NCBI GenBank assembly: GCA_963704165.1
Contig: CAVPHD010000005.1
Span: forward strand, 224,001-288,000
Length of the DNA: 64,000 nt
Source: an uncultured delta proteobacterium
GTDB taxonomy: Bacteria; Myxococcota_A; UBA9160; SZUA-336
Reading direction: 5' to 3'
The position numbers and the translations under genes were made by a program. Under the pieces are notes generated by a model that did not search any database, was not told the DNA's origin, and was given only the letters and a program-made list of their open reading frames with translations. This document shows, in pieces, positions 39,051-48,024 of this stretch. Each line of letters opens with the position of its first letter. Position 1 is the first letter of the stretch.

Positions 39051-39948
39051 CACGCTCTTCGCTCTCGCGGTCACGCTGCGCGTGGTCGCCAGCACGCCGG
39101 ACGTCGCCGACATGACGCGTCAGATCGGAGGCGATCGCGTCGAGGTCACGACGATCGCGGAAGGCAGGCAGGATCCTCACAAGGTCCCCGTGAAGCCGAG
39201 CTTCGTCACGAAGCTGAACCGCGCCGACATCCTGGTCGTGCACGGACTCGGACTCGAGGACGCGTTCCTCCCCGCACTGCTCGAGGCTTCGCGAAACCCG
39301 CGGATCGCACCGGGAATGCCGGCGTACATCGACAGTTCGCTCTACGTCGAGGCACTCGAGGTTCCGAGCAGTACCGACCGCAGTCAGGGCGAGCTGCACC
39401 CGCTCGGCAATCCGCACTTCAACATGGATCCCGCACAGGGCAAGCGGATGGCCCGCGCGATCGCGGAGGGACTGGAGCGCGTGGATCCGGCCGGAGCCAC
39501 CGTCTACCGCGAGGGCCTGGCCAGATTCACCGCGCAGATCGACGAGAAGATCCCTGTCTGGCTCGAGCTCGCGGAGCCGCTTCGGGGAACGAGGGCGGTC
39601 TCCTACCATCGGGATCTGGTCTACTTCGCGCGGTTCTTCGGGCTCGTTCTCGCGGGAACGATCGAAACCCGACCCGGTGTGCCCGCGACACCTCGGCACG
39701 TCGCGCAGCTGATCGCGCGGATGAAGGCCGACGGGGTCCGGCTCGTGATCCGGGAGGTCGCGTACGAGATGCCGCTCGCCGAAGCCGTTGCCGCGAAGTC
39801 CGGCGCGCGGGTCGCGACCGTGGCCACGCTGACCGGCGGGCTTCCGGGCGCGGACACCTACATCGCCTTCGTCGAAGCGAACCTGCGCGCGGTGCTCGCG
39901 GCGGCCGCGCCCGCGGAGCCCCGCGAGCCGGTCGGCGGCGACGAATGA
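39031..39948 (+). CDS. Metal (Zn/Mn-type, ZnuA/TroA family) ABC transporter substrate-binding protein
   Basis: QDPHKV, HGLGLE, HPLGNPHF, SYH. Confidence 0.88.
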   Translation: MASPIASTLFALAVTLRVVASTPDVADMTRQIGGDRVEVTTIAEGRQDPHKVPVKPSFVTKLNRADILVVHGLGLEDAFLPALLEASRNPRIAPGMPAYIDSSLYVEALEVPSSTDRSQGELHPLGNPHFNMDPAQGKRMARAIAEGLERVDPAGATVYREGLARFTAQIDEKIPVWLELAEPLRGTRAVSYHRDLVYFARFFGLVLAGTIETRPGVPATPRHVAQLIARMKADGVRLVIREVAYEMPLAEAVAAKSGARVATVATLTGGLPGADTYIAFVEANLRAVLAAAAPAEPREPVGGDE

Positions 39949-40598
39949 GCGACACGCAGATCTCGGTCGAGCACGCCGATCTCGGCCATCGCGGACAGCC
40001 GGTGCTGCGGCAGGTCTCGCTCTCGATCCGAAAGGACGAGTTCGTCGCGGTGCTCGGACCGAACGGCTCCGGGAAGACCACGCTTCTTCGCAGCCTGCTC
40101 GGATTTCTCCCACCGCTCTCGGGAAGGATCTCTCGCGAGCCGGCCCTGCGAGTCGGGTACGTGCCACAGCGCGAGACGCTCGACCCGAACTACCCGCTCT
40201 CGGGTGCGCAGGTCGCGCTCTTCGGCACCTACGGCGATCTGCCGTTCTGGCGCCCTTTGGGACGCTCCGCGCGGGAACGGGCGCGCTCGGCGCTCGAGGC
40301 TTGCGACGCGCTCGATTTCGCGAGCCGGCGCTACTCGGAGCTGTCGGGCGGACAGCGCCAGCGCATTCTGATCGCGCGGGCCCTTGCGACTTCGCCGACC
40401 CTGCTCCTGCTCGACGAGCCGACCGCCCTCGTGGATCGGGAATCCGAGATCGCGATCCTCGACGCGCTCGCCGAGCTGCGTCGCGAGCGGTCGCTCTCGA
40501 TCTGGCTCGTCACGCACCACGAGGAAGCACTGCGCGATCGCGTCGATCGGATCGCGCGCGTCGAGGACGGCACGGTCACTGTGGAGGCGCCGTCGTGA
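39945..40598 (+). CDS. Metal ABC transporter ATP-binding protein (ZnuC-like)
   Basis: GPNGSGKTT, GYVPQ, LSGGQRQR, LLLDEP, VTHH. Confidence 0.92.
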   Translation: MSDTQISVEHADLGHRGQPVLRQVSLSIRKDEFVAVLGPNGSGKTTLLRSLLGFLPPLSGRISREPALRVGYVPQRETLDPNYPLSGAQVALFGTYGDLPFWRPLGRSARERARSALEACDALDFASRRYSELSGGQRQRILIARALATSPTLLLLDEPTALVDRESEIAILDALAELRRERSLSIWLVTHHEEALRDRVDRIARVEDGTVTVEAPS

Positions 40599-41443
40599 TC
40601 GAGGTCTTCTCCCCCGATTTCCTGTTCCGCAACGCGATCGTCGGCGGCGCGATCGTCTGCGTGCTCTGCTCCGTACTCGGCGTCTACGTCGTCCTCCGGC
40701 GCATGGTCCTGCTCGGCATGGCCCTGCCGCAAGCGGGCGCGGCCGGGATCGCCGCCGTCTTCTTCGCCACCGGCCACTCGCACGGCGATCCCGGACAGGC
40801 GCACGCGCTCGCGCTCGTCGGATCACTCGCCGCCACCTTCAGTGCGCTCGGTGCGCTCGTGCTCTCGGGACGCAACGCGGCGCAGCCGGTCGAGTGGCGA
40901 ATCGGCGCGGTGCTCGCGATCGCCACCGCGGCGACGCTCTTCTTCGTCGCCCTGTCGCCGACCGGAGATCTCGAGATGACGAGCCTGCTTCGCGGAGAGC
41001 TGCTGGCGATCTCCGATCGCGACCTCGGGGTGCTCGTGTCGGTCGCGTCGCTGATCGCACTGGTCTTCGCGATCTTCCGACGCGAGCTCCTGCTCGTCTC
41101 GTTCGACCCCGAGTTCGCACACACGATCGGGCTCGATCCGGTGCGCTACGACCTCGTGCTCCACCTGATGCTCGGCGCGACGATCTCGATCGGCGTGATG
41201 ACGGCGGGGCCGATGGTGGTCTTCGCATTCCTCGTGCTGCCCGCGCTCGCGGCCCTTCGACTCGGACGCTCGATGCCGATGACGTTCGCCGTCGCTGCAG
41301 GAGTCGCTCTCGTCTCGTCGGTCGGAGGCTTTGCGGTTTCGTACCGTGCCGACCTTCCGACGGGCCCGGTCTACGTCCTGATCGCGGCGTCGATCTGGCT
41401 GCTCACCGACCTGGGGATGCGCTTTCGCGGGCGCTCCACCTGA
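40595..41443 (+). CDS. Metal ABC transporter permease (ZnuB/ABC-3 family)
   Basis: LGVYVVLRRM, SFDPEFA, DLPTGP; multiple TM helices; GTGA overlap. Confidence 0.9.
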   Translation: MIEVFSPDFLFRNAIVGGAIVCVLCSVLGVYVVLRRMVLLGMALPQAGAAGIAAVFFATGHSHGDPGQAHALALVGSLAATFSALGALVLSGRNAAQPVEWRIGAVLAIATAATLFFVALSPTGDLEMTSLLRGELLAISDRDLGVLVSVASLIALVFAIFRRELLLVSFDPEFAHTIGLDPVRYDLVLHLMLGATISIGVMTAGPMVVFAFLVLPALAALRLGRSMPMTFAVAAGVALVSSVGGFAVSYRADLPTGPVYVLIAASIWLLTDLGMRFRGRST

Positions 41444-41483
41444 TCGTTGCCGCGCCCGGGTCGCTGTGACAGGCTCGAGCGCG

Positions 41484-42100
41484 ATGGATCCGCAGCATCC
41501 GAGTGCGGAGCTCCTGCTGCGCTCTATGCGCGCGGGATCTTTCCGATGGTCGATCCGCGCACCGGAGAGATCGAGTACTTCAGCCCGGATCCGCGCACCG
41601 TGATTCCGCTCGATCGCTTCCACGTACCGCGGAGCCTCGCGCGCGTACGGGCGAAACAGCCGTTCGAGATCCGGACCGACACCGCGTTCGAGCGCGTGAT
41701 TCGCGCCTGTGCGGAGCCGCGACCCGGACGGCGCGAGACGTGGATCGACGAGCGGCTGATCGGGGCGTACGTGGATCTGCACGCCCACGGACTCGCGCAC
41801 AGCGTCGAGGCGTTCCTGGACGAGCGACTCGTCGGAGGCTTGTACGGCGTGCACATCGGGGCGGCGTTCTTCGGCGAGAGCATGTTCAGCCGACCGGAGC
41901 AGGGGGGCACCGATGCCTCGAAGATCTGCCTGGTCGAGCTGGTGGAAGGGCTGCGCGCCGGTGGATTCACGCTGCTCGACATCCAGTTCTCGACGCCGCA
42001 CCTCGCGCGCTTCGGATGCGTCGAGATCCCGCGCGCCCGGTACCTCTCGATGCTCGAGGATGCAATCGAGCGCCGGGGGAACTGGCCGCGCGCCGGGTGA
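41484..42100 (+). CDS. aat: Leucyl/phenylalanyl-tRNA--protein transferase (probable frameshift near 41520)
   Basis: YARGIFPM, SPDPR, TWI, AHSVE, GGLYGV, FFGESMFS, DASK; the likely N-terminus MDPQHPSAELLL (ATG 41484) is in a different frame. Confidence 0.9.
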
Positions 42101-42109
42101 GGGGTCCGC

Positions 42110-43323
42110 TCAGGCGCGTTCGGGGTCGAACGCGATGCGCATCTCCTTCACCCCGTTCACGAAGTTCGAGCGCAGGCGTCGCGGTTTCGTGACGAGGCGC
42201 GGGTTCCGGAGGCGCCCGAGCATCTCCTGGAAGATCACCGTGAGCTCGAGTCGCGCCAGGTTCGCGCCGAGGCAGTAGTGCTCTCCGATCCCGAACGCGA
42301 GGTGTTGATTGTCCGTCCGGCCGACGTCGAAGCGGTCCGGATCGACGAAGATCTCCTCGTCGCGATTCGCCGACGGGTACCACATGACGACCTTCTCGCC
42401 CTTCTTGATTCTCCGTCCCGCGGAGCTCCGTGTCGTCGGTCGCGGTGCGTCGGAAGTAGTGCACGGCCGGATCGAAGCGGACGAACTCCTCGACGGCTTG
42501 CGGCACGAGCGCCGGATTCGCGACCAGCCGCCGGAGCTGTTCGGGATGGTCGAGCAGTGCCTTCATGCCGTTCGTCGTCACGGTGCGCGTCGTCTCGTTG
42601 CCGGCGACGAGCAACAACAGGAAGAACGAGCAGTACTCGAGCTCGTTCAGCTTCTCGCCGTCGATCTCGTGGAAGAGCAGTGCCGTGGTCAGGTTGTCGA
42701 CCGGTTCCCGCCGGTACTTCTCGGCGAGCTTCATCGCGTAGCCGAACATCTGAATCGAGGCGTTTCGCGCGTCCTCCGGCGTGTTCTGGAACTCCGGGTC
42801 GTCGAAGCCGATCAGCTTGTTCGAGAGCTCGAAGATCAGCTTACGGTCGTCTTGCGGCACACCCATCAGCTCGCAGATGACCTGGAGCGGCAGCTCCGCG
42901 CGCGAGCTCCTCGACGAACTCGCACTCGCCCTTGGGAGCGACCGCGTCGACGATGCGCGTCGAGAGCGCGCGAAGATAGGGCTCCTGCTTCGCGACCATC
43001 TGCGGCGTGAAGCCGCGCTGCACGATCCGCCGGAACTTCACGTGCTGCGGTGGGTCCATGTTCAGCATGATCATCCGCAGGCCCGCGAGCCCGGTCTCGT
43101 CGCGGTCCTCGATGTTCGTTCCGCCGAGCCAGGACGAGAAGAGCAGCGGGTTGCGCGAGACCGTCTTCACGTCCTCGTACTTGGTCACGCACCAGAACCC
43201 GGGACCGTTCTTCTCGCGGTGCCAGTGGACCGGATCCTCGCTGCGTAGCACCTTCAGCCAGTGGTGCGGAGTTCCCGGCACGAAGTTGTCGGGGTCTCCG
43301 AGGTCGATGTCGTCGAGGTTCAT
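42110..43323 (-). CDS. Cytochrome P450, CYP125/CYP142-like (frameshifts near 42901 and 42417)
   Basis: GFWCVTKYEDV, NMDPPQH, VAGNETT, EFVR, WYPSANRDE, HLAFGIGEHYCLG spread over three frames. Confidence 0.88.
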
Positions 43324-43331
43324 CTCGCGAT

Positions 43332-43345
43332 TGGAACAGCTTCCA
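43332..43345. promoter_or_regulatory. KstR-like operator (one mismatch)
   Basis: TGGAACAGCTTCCA, 8 nt upstream of the P450 start. Confidence 0.6.
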
Positions 43346-43369
43346 TTCGGGGTCGCAAGAAGGTTGAGG

Positions 43370-43397
43370 CGCCGATTGGAACGTGTTCCAATCGGCG
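43370..43397. promoter_or_regulatory. KstR-like operator within a palindrome with 13-bp arms
   Basis: CGCCGATTGGAAC-GT-GTTCCAATCGGCG; core TGGAACGTGTTCCA fits TnnAACnnGTTnnA. Confidence 0.8.
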
Positions 43398-43398
43398 A

Positions 43399-44195
43399 AT
43401 GAGTTCACCTCACGCGCTGGTCGAGAAGGAAGGTCACGTTCTGGTCGTGACGATGAATCGCCCCGAGGCGAAGAACGCCCTCTCGCCCGACATGCTCTGG
43501 CGCATGTACGAGGCGTGGCGTCGGCTCGACGCGGACGCGGATCTTCGCTGCGCGATCCTCACCGGTGCGGGCGGGACGTTCTGCGCGGGCGCCGACCTGA
43601 AGACGATGGGCCGCGAGAAGCCCGACGAAGAGATGCAGAGGCGCATGAAGGAGGTGCCGGACCTGCACTGGCAGGCGCTGCTCCGACACAACCGGCCGAT
43701 GAAGCCGATCATCGCGGCCGTCGAGGGATACGCCGTGGCGGGTGGCACGGAGATCCTGCAGGGCACCGACATCCGCGTGGCCGGTGAGTCGGCGGTGTTC
43801 GGAGTCACGGAGGCGAAGCGCGGGCTCTTTCCGCTCGGCGGCTCGACGATCCGCCTGCGCCGGCAGATCCCGTACACGCTCGCCGCCGAGATCCTGCTGA
43901 CCGCGCGCCACGTCAGCGCGAGCGAAGCCAAGCAGTTCGGTTGATCGGCCGTGTCGTGCCGACGGGAGCCGCGCTCGCGGAGGCGCGGACGATCGCCGAG
44001 ACGATCTGCGAGAACGGCCCGCTCTCGGTGCAGGCGATCCTCAAGGCGCTGCGTCTCTACGACGAGAGCATGCCCGAGTCCGAGGCGCTCGAGAAGGAGC
44101 TCGAGCTCGGCTGGCCGATCTTCGCCAGCGAGGACGCGAAGGAGGGCCCGCGCGCCTTCGCGGAGAAGCGCAAGCCGGTCTTCAAGGGACGCTAG
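43399..44195 (+). CDS. Enoyl-CoA hydratase, EchA19-like (frameshift near 43940)
   Basis: [52 protein letters not shown]; continues as LIGRVVP...[14 protein letters not shown] in the next frame. Confidence 0.88.
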
Positions 44196-44198
44196 CGA

Positions 44199-45317
44199 TC
44201 AGGATTCGGCGAGCGCGTCGCCGAGCCGCTCGAGGTGTCGGGACGCGGAGCCGAGCGTGAGTTCGATCTGTCGCGTCCAGAGATACGAGCGGTGCAGCGG
44301 ATAGTCGTTGTCCATGCCGATGCCGCCGTGCAGGTGCTGCGCCGCGTAGGTCGCGTGGTTGCCGCCGTCGGCCGCCCAGATCTTGGCGACCGAGACCGCG
44401 AGCGTCGCAGGCCGGCGCTCCGCGAGCAGGAACGCCGCCTGGATCGTCGTGAGGCGCATCACTTCGAGGTGGATGAAGGCGTCGGCGGCGCGCTGGTGCA
44501 CGGCCTGAAAGCTTCCGATCGGGCGATCGAACTGTTTGCGTTCGCTCGTGTAGCTCGCGGTCATGCGAAGCGCGCGCTCCGCGACGCCGACCTGCAGCGC
44601 ACAGAGCCCCGTGATCGCGCGCTCGGTGATCCATGCGAGCATTTCCTTGCCGCGCGCGAGCGTGCCGAGTACGTCGTGTGCCCGGACCCGCGTGCGCTGG
44701 AGCCGGAGCGTCGCGACCGGCTCGCGGTTCGTCGCGTGCTGCATCTCGAGCTTCACACCCGGACCCTTCGGATCGACCAGGAACAGACCGACGCGTCCAC
44801 CGCCGACGCTGGCCGGAACCAGGATCCGCGCAGCGAGGTGGGCCGCCGGAACGCAGACCTTGGTGCCGGAAAGCCTCCATGAGGTGCCATCGCGCGTAGC
44901 CTTCGTCGACGGCCGCGCCGGATCGTCCGAGTCGGCTTCCTCGAACGCGCCGCTGAGCACGGTCTGGCCCGCGACGACACCGGGAAGAAACTCGGCCTTC
45001 TGCGAAGCGGATCCGAATTCAGCGATCGGCAGCGCGCCGAGCACGAGCGTGCTCCAGAACGGAACCGGAGCGACGGCGCGGCCGATCTCCTCGAGCAGGC
45101 AGCAGAGCTCGATCATCCCGAGGCCGCTCCCGCCGAACTCCTCGGGTAGACACGCGCCGATCAGGTTCGCCTTCGCGAGCTCGCTCCAGAGCTCGCGGTC
45201 GTGCCCGCTCCCGGTCTTCTCGATCTCGCCGATGCGCTCGTGCGTCGCCTTGTCGCCGAGGATCTTGCGTGCGAGTTCGGAGAGCGCCTTCTGGTCGTCG
45301 CTGTAGGCGAAGTTCAT
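44199..45317 (-). CDS. Acyl-CoA dehydrogenase beta-type subunit (FadE27-like)
   Basis: LPEEFGGSG, RKQFDRPIGSFQAV, QHLHGGIG; follows the FadE26-like gene. Confidence 0.88.
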   Translation of the reverse strand: MNFAYSDDQKALSELARKILGDKATHERIGEIEKTGSGHDRELWSELAKANLIGACLPEEFGGSGLGMIELCCLLEEIGRAVAPVPFWSTLVLGALPIAEFGSASQKAEFLPGVVAGQTVLSGAFEEADSDDPARPSTKATRDGTSWRLSGTKVCVPAAHLAARILVPASVGGGRVGLFLVDPKGPGVKLEMQHATNREPVATLRLQRTRVRAHDVLGTLARGKEMLAWITERAITGLCALQVGVAERALRMTASYTSERKQFDRPIGSFQAVHQRAADAFIHLEVMRLTTIQAAFLLAERRPATLAVSVAKIWAADGGNHATYAAQHLHGGIGMDNDYPLHRSYLWTRQIELTLGSASRHLERLGDALAES

Positions 45318-45324
45318 CTCGACA

Positions 45325-46503
45325 CTATGCCTTGTAGTTCGGCATCTGCAGGCCGGCCATCGCGATGATGTCGCGCTGGACTTCGTTGGTGCCGCCGCCG
45401 AAGGTGAGGATCAACGCCGTGCGGTACATGCGCTCGACGCGACCCGCGAGAATCGCGCCTGGTGAACGGGGGCCGAGCTTCCCGACCGACCCGAAGATCT
45501 CCATGAACGCGCGGTAGGCGTCGATGAAGAACTCCGACGCATAGACCTTCACCGTCGACGCATCGGCCGGGTGCAGCCGCGAATGGGTGAGCGTCCAGGC
45601 CTGCTTCCAGAGCATCAGCTTCAGCGCTTCGCCGCCGGCGTAGCACTTCGCGAGGTTTCGGCGCACGAAGGGCTGGTCGATCACGCGCCGGCCGTCGGCG
45701 AGCTTGGTCTTCCGCGCCCAGCCGAGAACGTCGTTCTGCAGCTTTTCGAACGGTCCGATCGGAAAGAGCGAGACACGCTCGTGGTTCAGCTGACTCGTGA
45801 TCAATCCCCAGCCGTTGTTCTCGCCGCCGATCAGGTACCGAGCCGGTACGCGCACGTTGTCGAAGTAGGTCGCGTTCGTGCGCACGTCGGCCATGGTCCA
45901 GATCGGCGTCAGCTTGAAGCCCGGCGCGGTGGTGGGGACGATGAAGATCGAGATCCCGCGGTGCTTCTTGGCCTCGGGATCGGTGCGCGCGGCGAGCCAG
46001 ATGTAGTCCGCGAAATCCGCGAGGCTCGTGAACGTCTTCTGGCCGTTGATCACCCACTCGTCGCCGTCGCGCACGGCGCTCGTCGTGAGCGAGGCGAGAT
46101 CGGTGCCGGCCCCGGGTTCCGAGTAGCCGATCGCGAAGTGCAGGTCGCCGGTGAGGATTCGCGGCAGGATCTCCGCCTTCACCTCGTCACCGCCGTACGC
46201 CATCAGCGTCGGTCCGACCGTGCCCAGCGTGAGGAAAGGCAGCGGGAAGCCGGCGCGCTGAACCTCGTCTGCGAACAGGAACTGCTCGAGCGGCGTCCGG
46301 TCCTGTCCGCCGTATTCTTTCGGCCAGCCGATTCCGAGCCAGCCGTCGCGGCCCATCTTCTTCAACGCCTTGCGGTACTCGGGTCCACCGCCTTCACCGC
46401 CCGACGCGAGCTCCGCCAGAAGCTCTTTCGTCATCAGCTTCGCGAAGTAGCCGCGCAGCTCATCGCGCAGCCGCTTCAGTTCGGGCGTCAGATCGATGTA
46501 CAT
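45325..46503 (-). CDS. Acyl-CoA dehydrogenase alpha-type subunit (FadE26/FadE29-like)
   Basis: GWPKEYGGQ, IGYSEPGAGTDLA, NGQK, KKHRGIS, QLNHER, TFGGGTNEVQRDIIA. Confidence 0.9.
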   Translation of the reverse strand: MYIDLTPELKRLRDELRGYFAKLMTKELLAELASGGEGGGPEYRKALKKMGRDGWLGIGWPKEYGGQDRTPLEQFLFADEVQRAGFPLPFLTLGTVGPTLMAYGGDEVKAEILPRILTGDLHFAIGYSEPGAGTDLASLTTSAVRDGDEWVINGQKTFTSLADFADYIWLAARTDPEAKKHRGISIFIVPTTAPGFKLTPIWTMADVRTNATYFDNVRVPARYLIGGENNGWGLITSQLNHERVSLFPIGPFEKLQNDVLGWARKTKLADGRRVIDQPFVRRNLAKCYAGGEALKLMLWKQAWTLTHSRLHPADASTVKVYASEFFIDAYRAFMEIFGSVGKLGPRSPGAILAGRVERMYRTALILTFGGGTNEVQRDIIAMAGLQMPNYKA

Positions 46504-46531
46504 CCGGGCTTCTCCTCGAGAAGACCCGCAT

Positions 46532-46545
46532 TAGAACGCGTTCCA
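46532..46545. promoter_or_regulatory. KstR-like operator
   Basis: TAGAACGCGTTCCA, 28 nt upstream of the fadE26-like start. Confidence 0.75.
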
Positions 46546-46555
46546 ATCCGGGCGG

Positions 46556-48013
46556 TCAACCCGCCGAGATCGCACCGCCGCGGCGAGGATCGAAGGCGCG
46601 CAAGGCCAACGCCTCGAGGATCACGCCCTCGCGCAGACCCCAGTCGCAGATCATGAGCCCGGGCAGCGAGAGGCGCGTGAGCACGCTCGCGATCACCAGC
46701 GCACCGGTGGGCAGGAGATCCGCGCGCTTCTCGTCCACGCCCGGCAGCGCCAGGCGTTGCGCGTGACTGGATCTCGAGAGGCGGCGCGCGAGCGAGTCGA
46801 AGTCGTCGGTGGAGACGAGCAGGCCGCGCAGCTCCGCGGTCGGCGTATCGTCGGCGATGCCGAGCAGAATCCGCGCGAGTGCGCGCACCGTCCCACCCGC
46901 CGCGATGCAGCGTGCGGGACCGAGCGCGCGAACCCGGCCCGCGAACGGATCGAGTGCGTCCTCGACGCGCGCACGGATCGCCTTCACTTCGGCGGCCGAC
47001 ATGGGATCGGAGCGGACCAGTTCCCCGTGCAGACGCGTGACTCCCAGACGAAGGGTCGCCTCGAAGCGCAGTCCAGCGGCATTCCCGACGGCGAGCTCGA
47101 GGCTTCCGCCGCCGAGGTCGAGACCGAGCGCGTTCTCGTCTCCGAGTCCGACGCGCCGGCGGAACGCCGAGAAGATCAGACGAGCCTCGTCTTCGCCCGA
47201 CAGGATGCGAACTTCGCTGCCGAGCGCGCGTCCGAGCCGTTCGGCGAGCTTGCGGCCGTTCTTCGCATCGCGGATCGCGGACGTCGCGACCGCGACCAGC
47301 TCCTGCGCGCCCGTGCGGTCCGCGGCGCGTCCGAGCCTTCGCCCCGCCTCCACCGCCTTGTCGCAGATCTCGTCGGACAGCTTCGAGTCCAGCGCGACGG
47401 CCGCGCCGAGGCGCAGCATCTCGCGCTCGCGCGCGACTCGCACGATGTGACCATCGGCCGTGAAATCCGCGACGAGCAGCGTGAACGAGGTGCTGCCCAG
47501 ATCGACGACGCCGATACGCCGAACGGTGTCGAGGTCGGGTGTGGCGGCGCCGGCGCGCGCCGGCGGAAGATACGAGGCGCGCGCGGGTCCGCTCGCGCCG
47601 TTCTGCAGAAACCAGGTCGATCCCTTCGGACAGCCGGCGCCGCCTTCCATCGCGAGCGCTCCCGGAACCAGCTTCTCGACGAGCGCCGGGATCAGATCGC
47701 CGTGAGCCGCGAGCATCGCAGGCTCGGAGCCGAGCGAGCGCACGAGCGCAATGGCTCCCGTCAGGCTTGCACCTTCGCTGAGCCGGGCGTCGACCTCGAC
47801 GGGAAGGCCGAAGCGCGCGGCCACGGGCTCTGCCGTCTGGCGGCAGCGCAGGGCCGGACTCGAGAGCACGCGCGCGAGGGAGACACCTTCGAACCGCTCG
47901 ACCAGACCCATGGCCTGGTCGTGTCCGGCCGGCGAGAGGGGCCGCATGCCGTCGGACGACTCCCAGCCCGTGCGGCGCTGCGCCTTCGCGTGCCGAACCA
48001 GATAGATCTTCAC
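46556..48013 (-). CDS. SixA-like histidine phosphatase fused to Ppx/GppA exopolyphosphatase
   Basis: YLVRHAKA, SSPALRCRQT, HGD; then VDLGSTS, ATSAIRDAKN, ILSGEDEARL, DLGGGSLE, GLREG in one frame. Confidence 0.85.
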   Translation of the reverse strand: MKIYLVRHAKAQRRTGWESSDGMRPLSPAGHDQAMGLVERFEGVSLARVLSSPALRCRQTAEPVAARFGLPVEVDARLSEGASLTGAIALVRSLGSEPAMLAAHGDLIPALVEKLVPGALAMEGGAGCPKGSTWFLQNGASGPARASYLPPARAGAATPDLDTVRRIGVVDLGSTSFTLLVADFTADGHIVRVAREREMLRLGAAVALDSKLSDEICDKAVEAGRRLGRAADRTGAQELVAVATSAIRDAKNGRKLAERLGRALGSEVRILSGEDEARLIFSAFRRRVGLGDENALGLDLGGGSLELAVGNAAGLRFEATLRLGVTRLHGELVRSDPMSAAEVKAIRARVEDALDPFAGRVRALGPARCIAAGGTVRALARILLGIADDTPTAELRGLLVSTDDFDSLARRLSRSSHAQRLALPGVDEKRADLLPTGALVIASVLTRLSLPGLMICDWGLREGVILEALALRAFDPRRGGAISAG

Positions 48014-48024
48014 TCCCGTCCCTT

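Noticed and set aside
42110..44195. Programmed frameshifting or true pseudogenes for the P450 and hydratase
   Set aside because: No slippery heptamers seen, all catalytic motifs intact and similar indels occur elsewhere; assembly error is more likely
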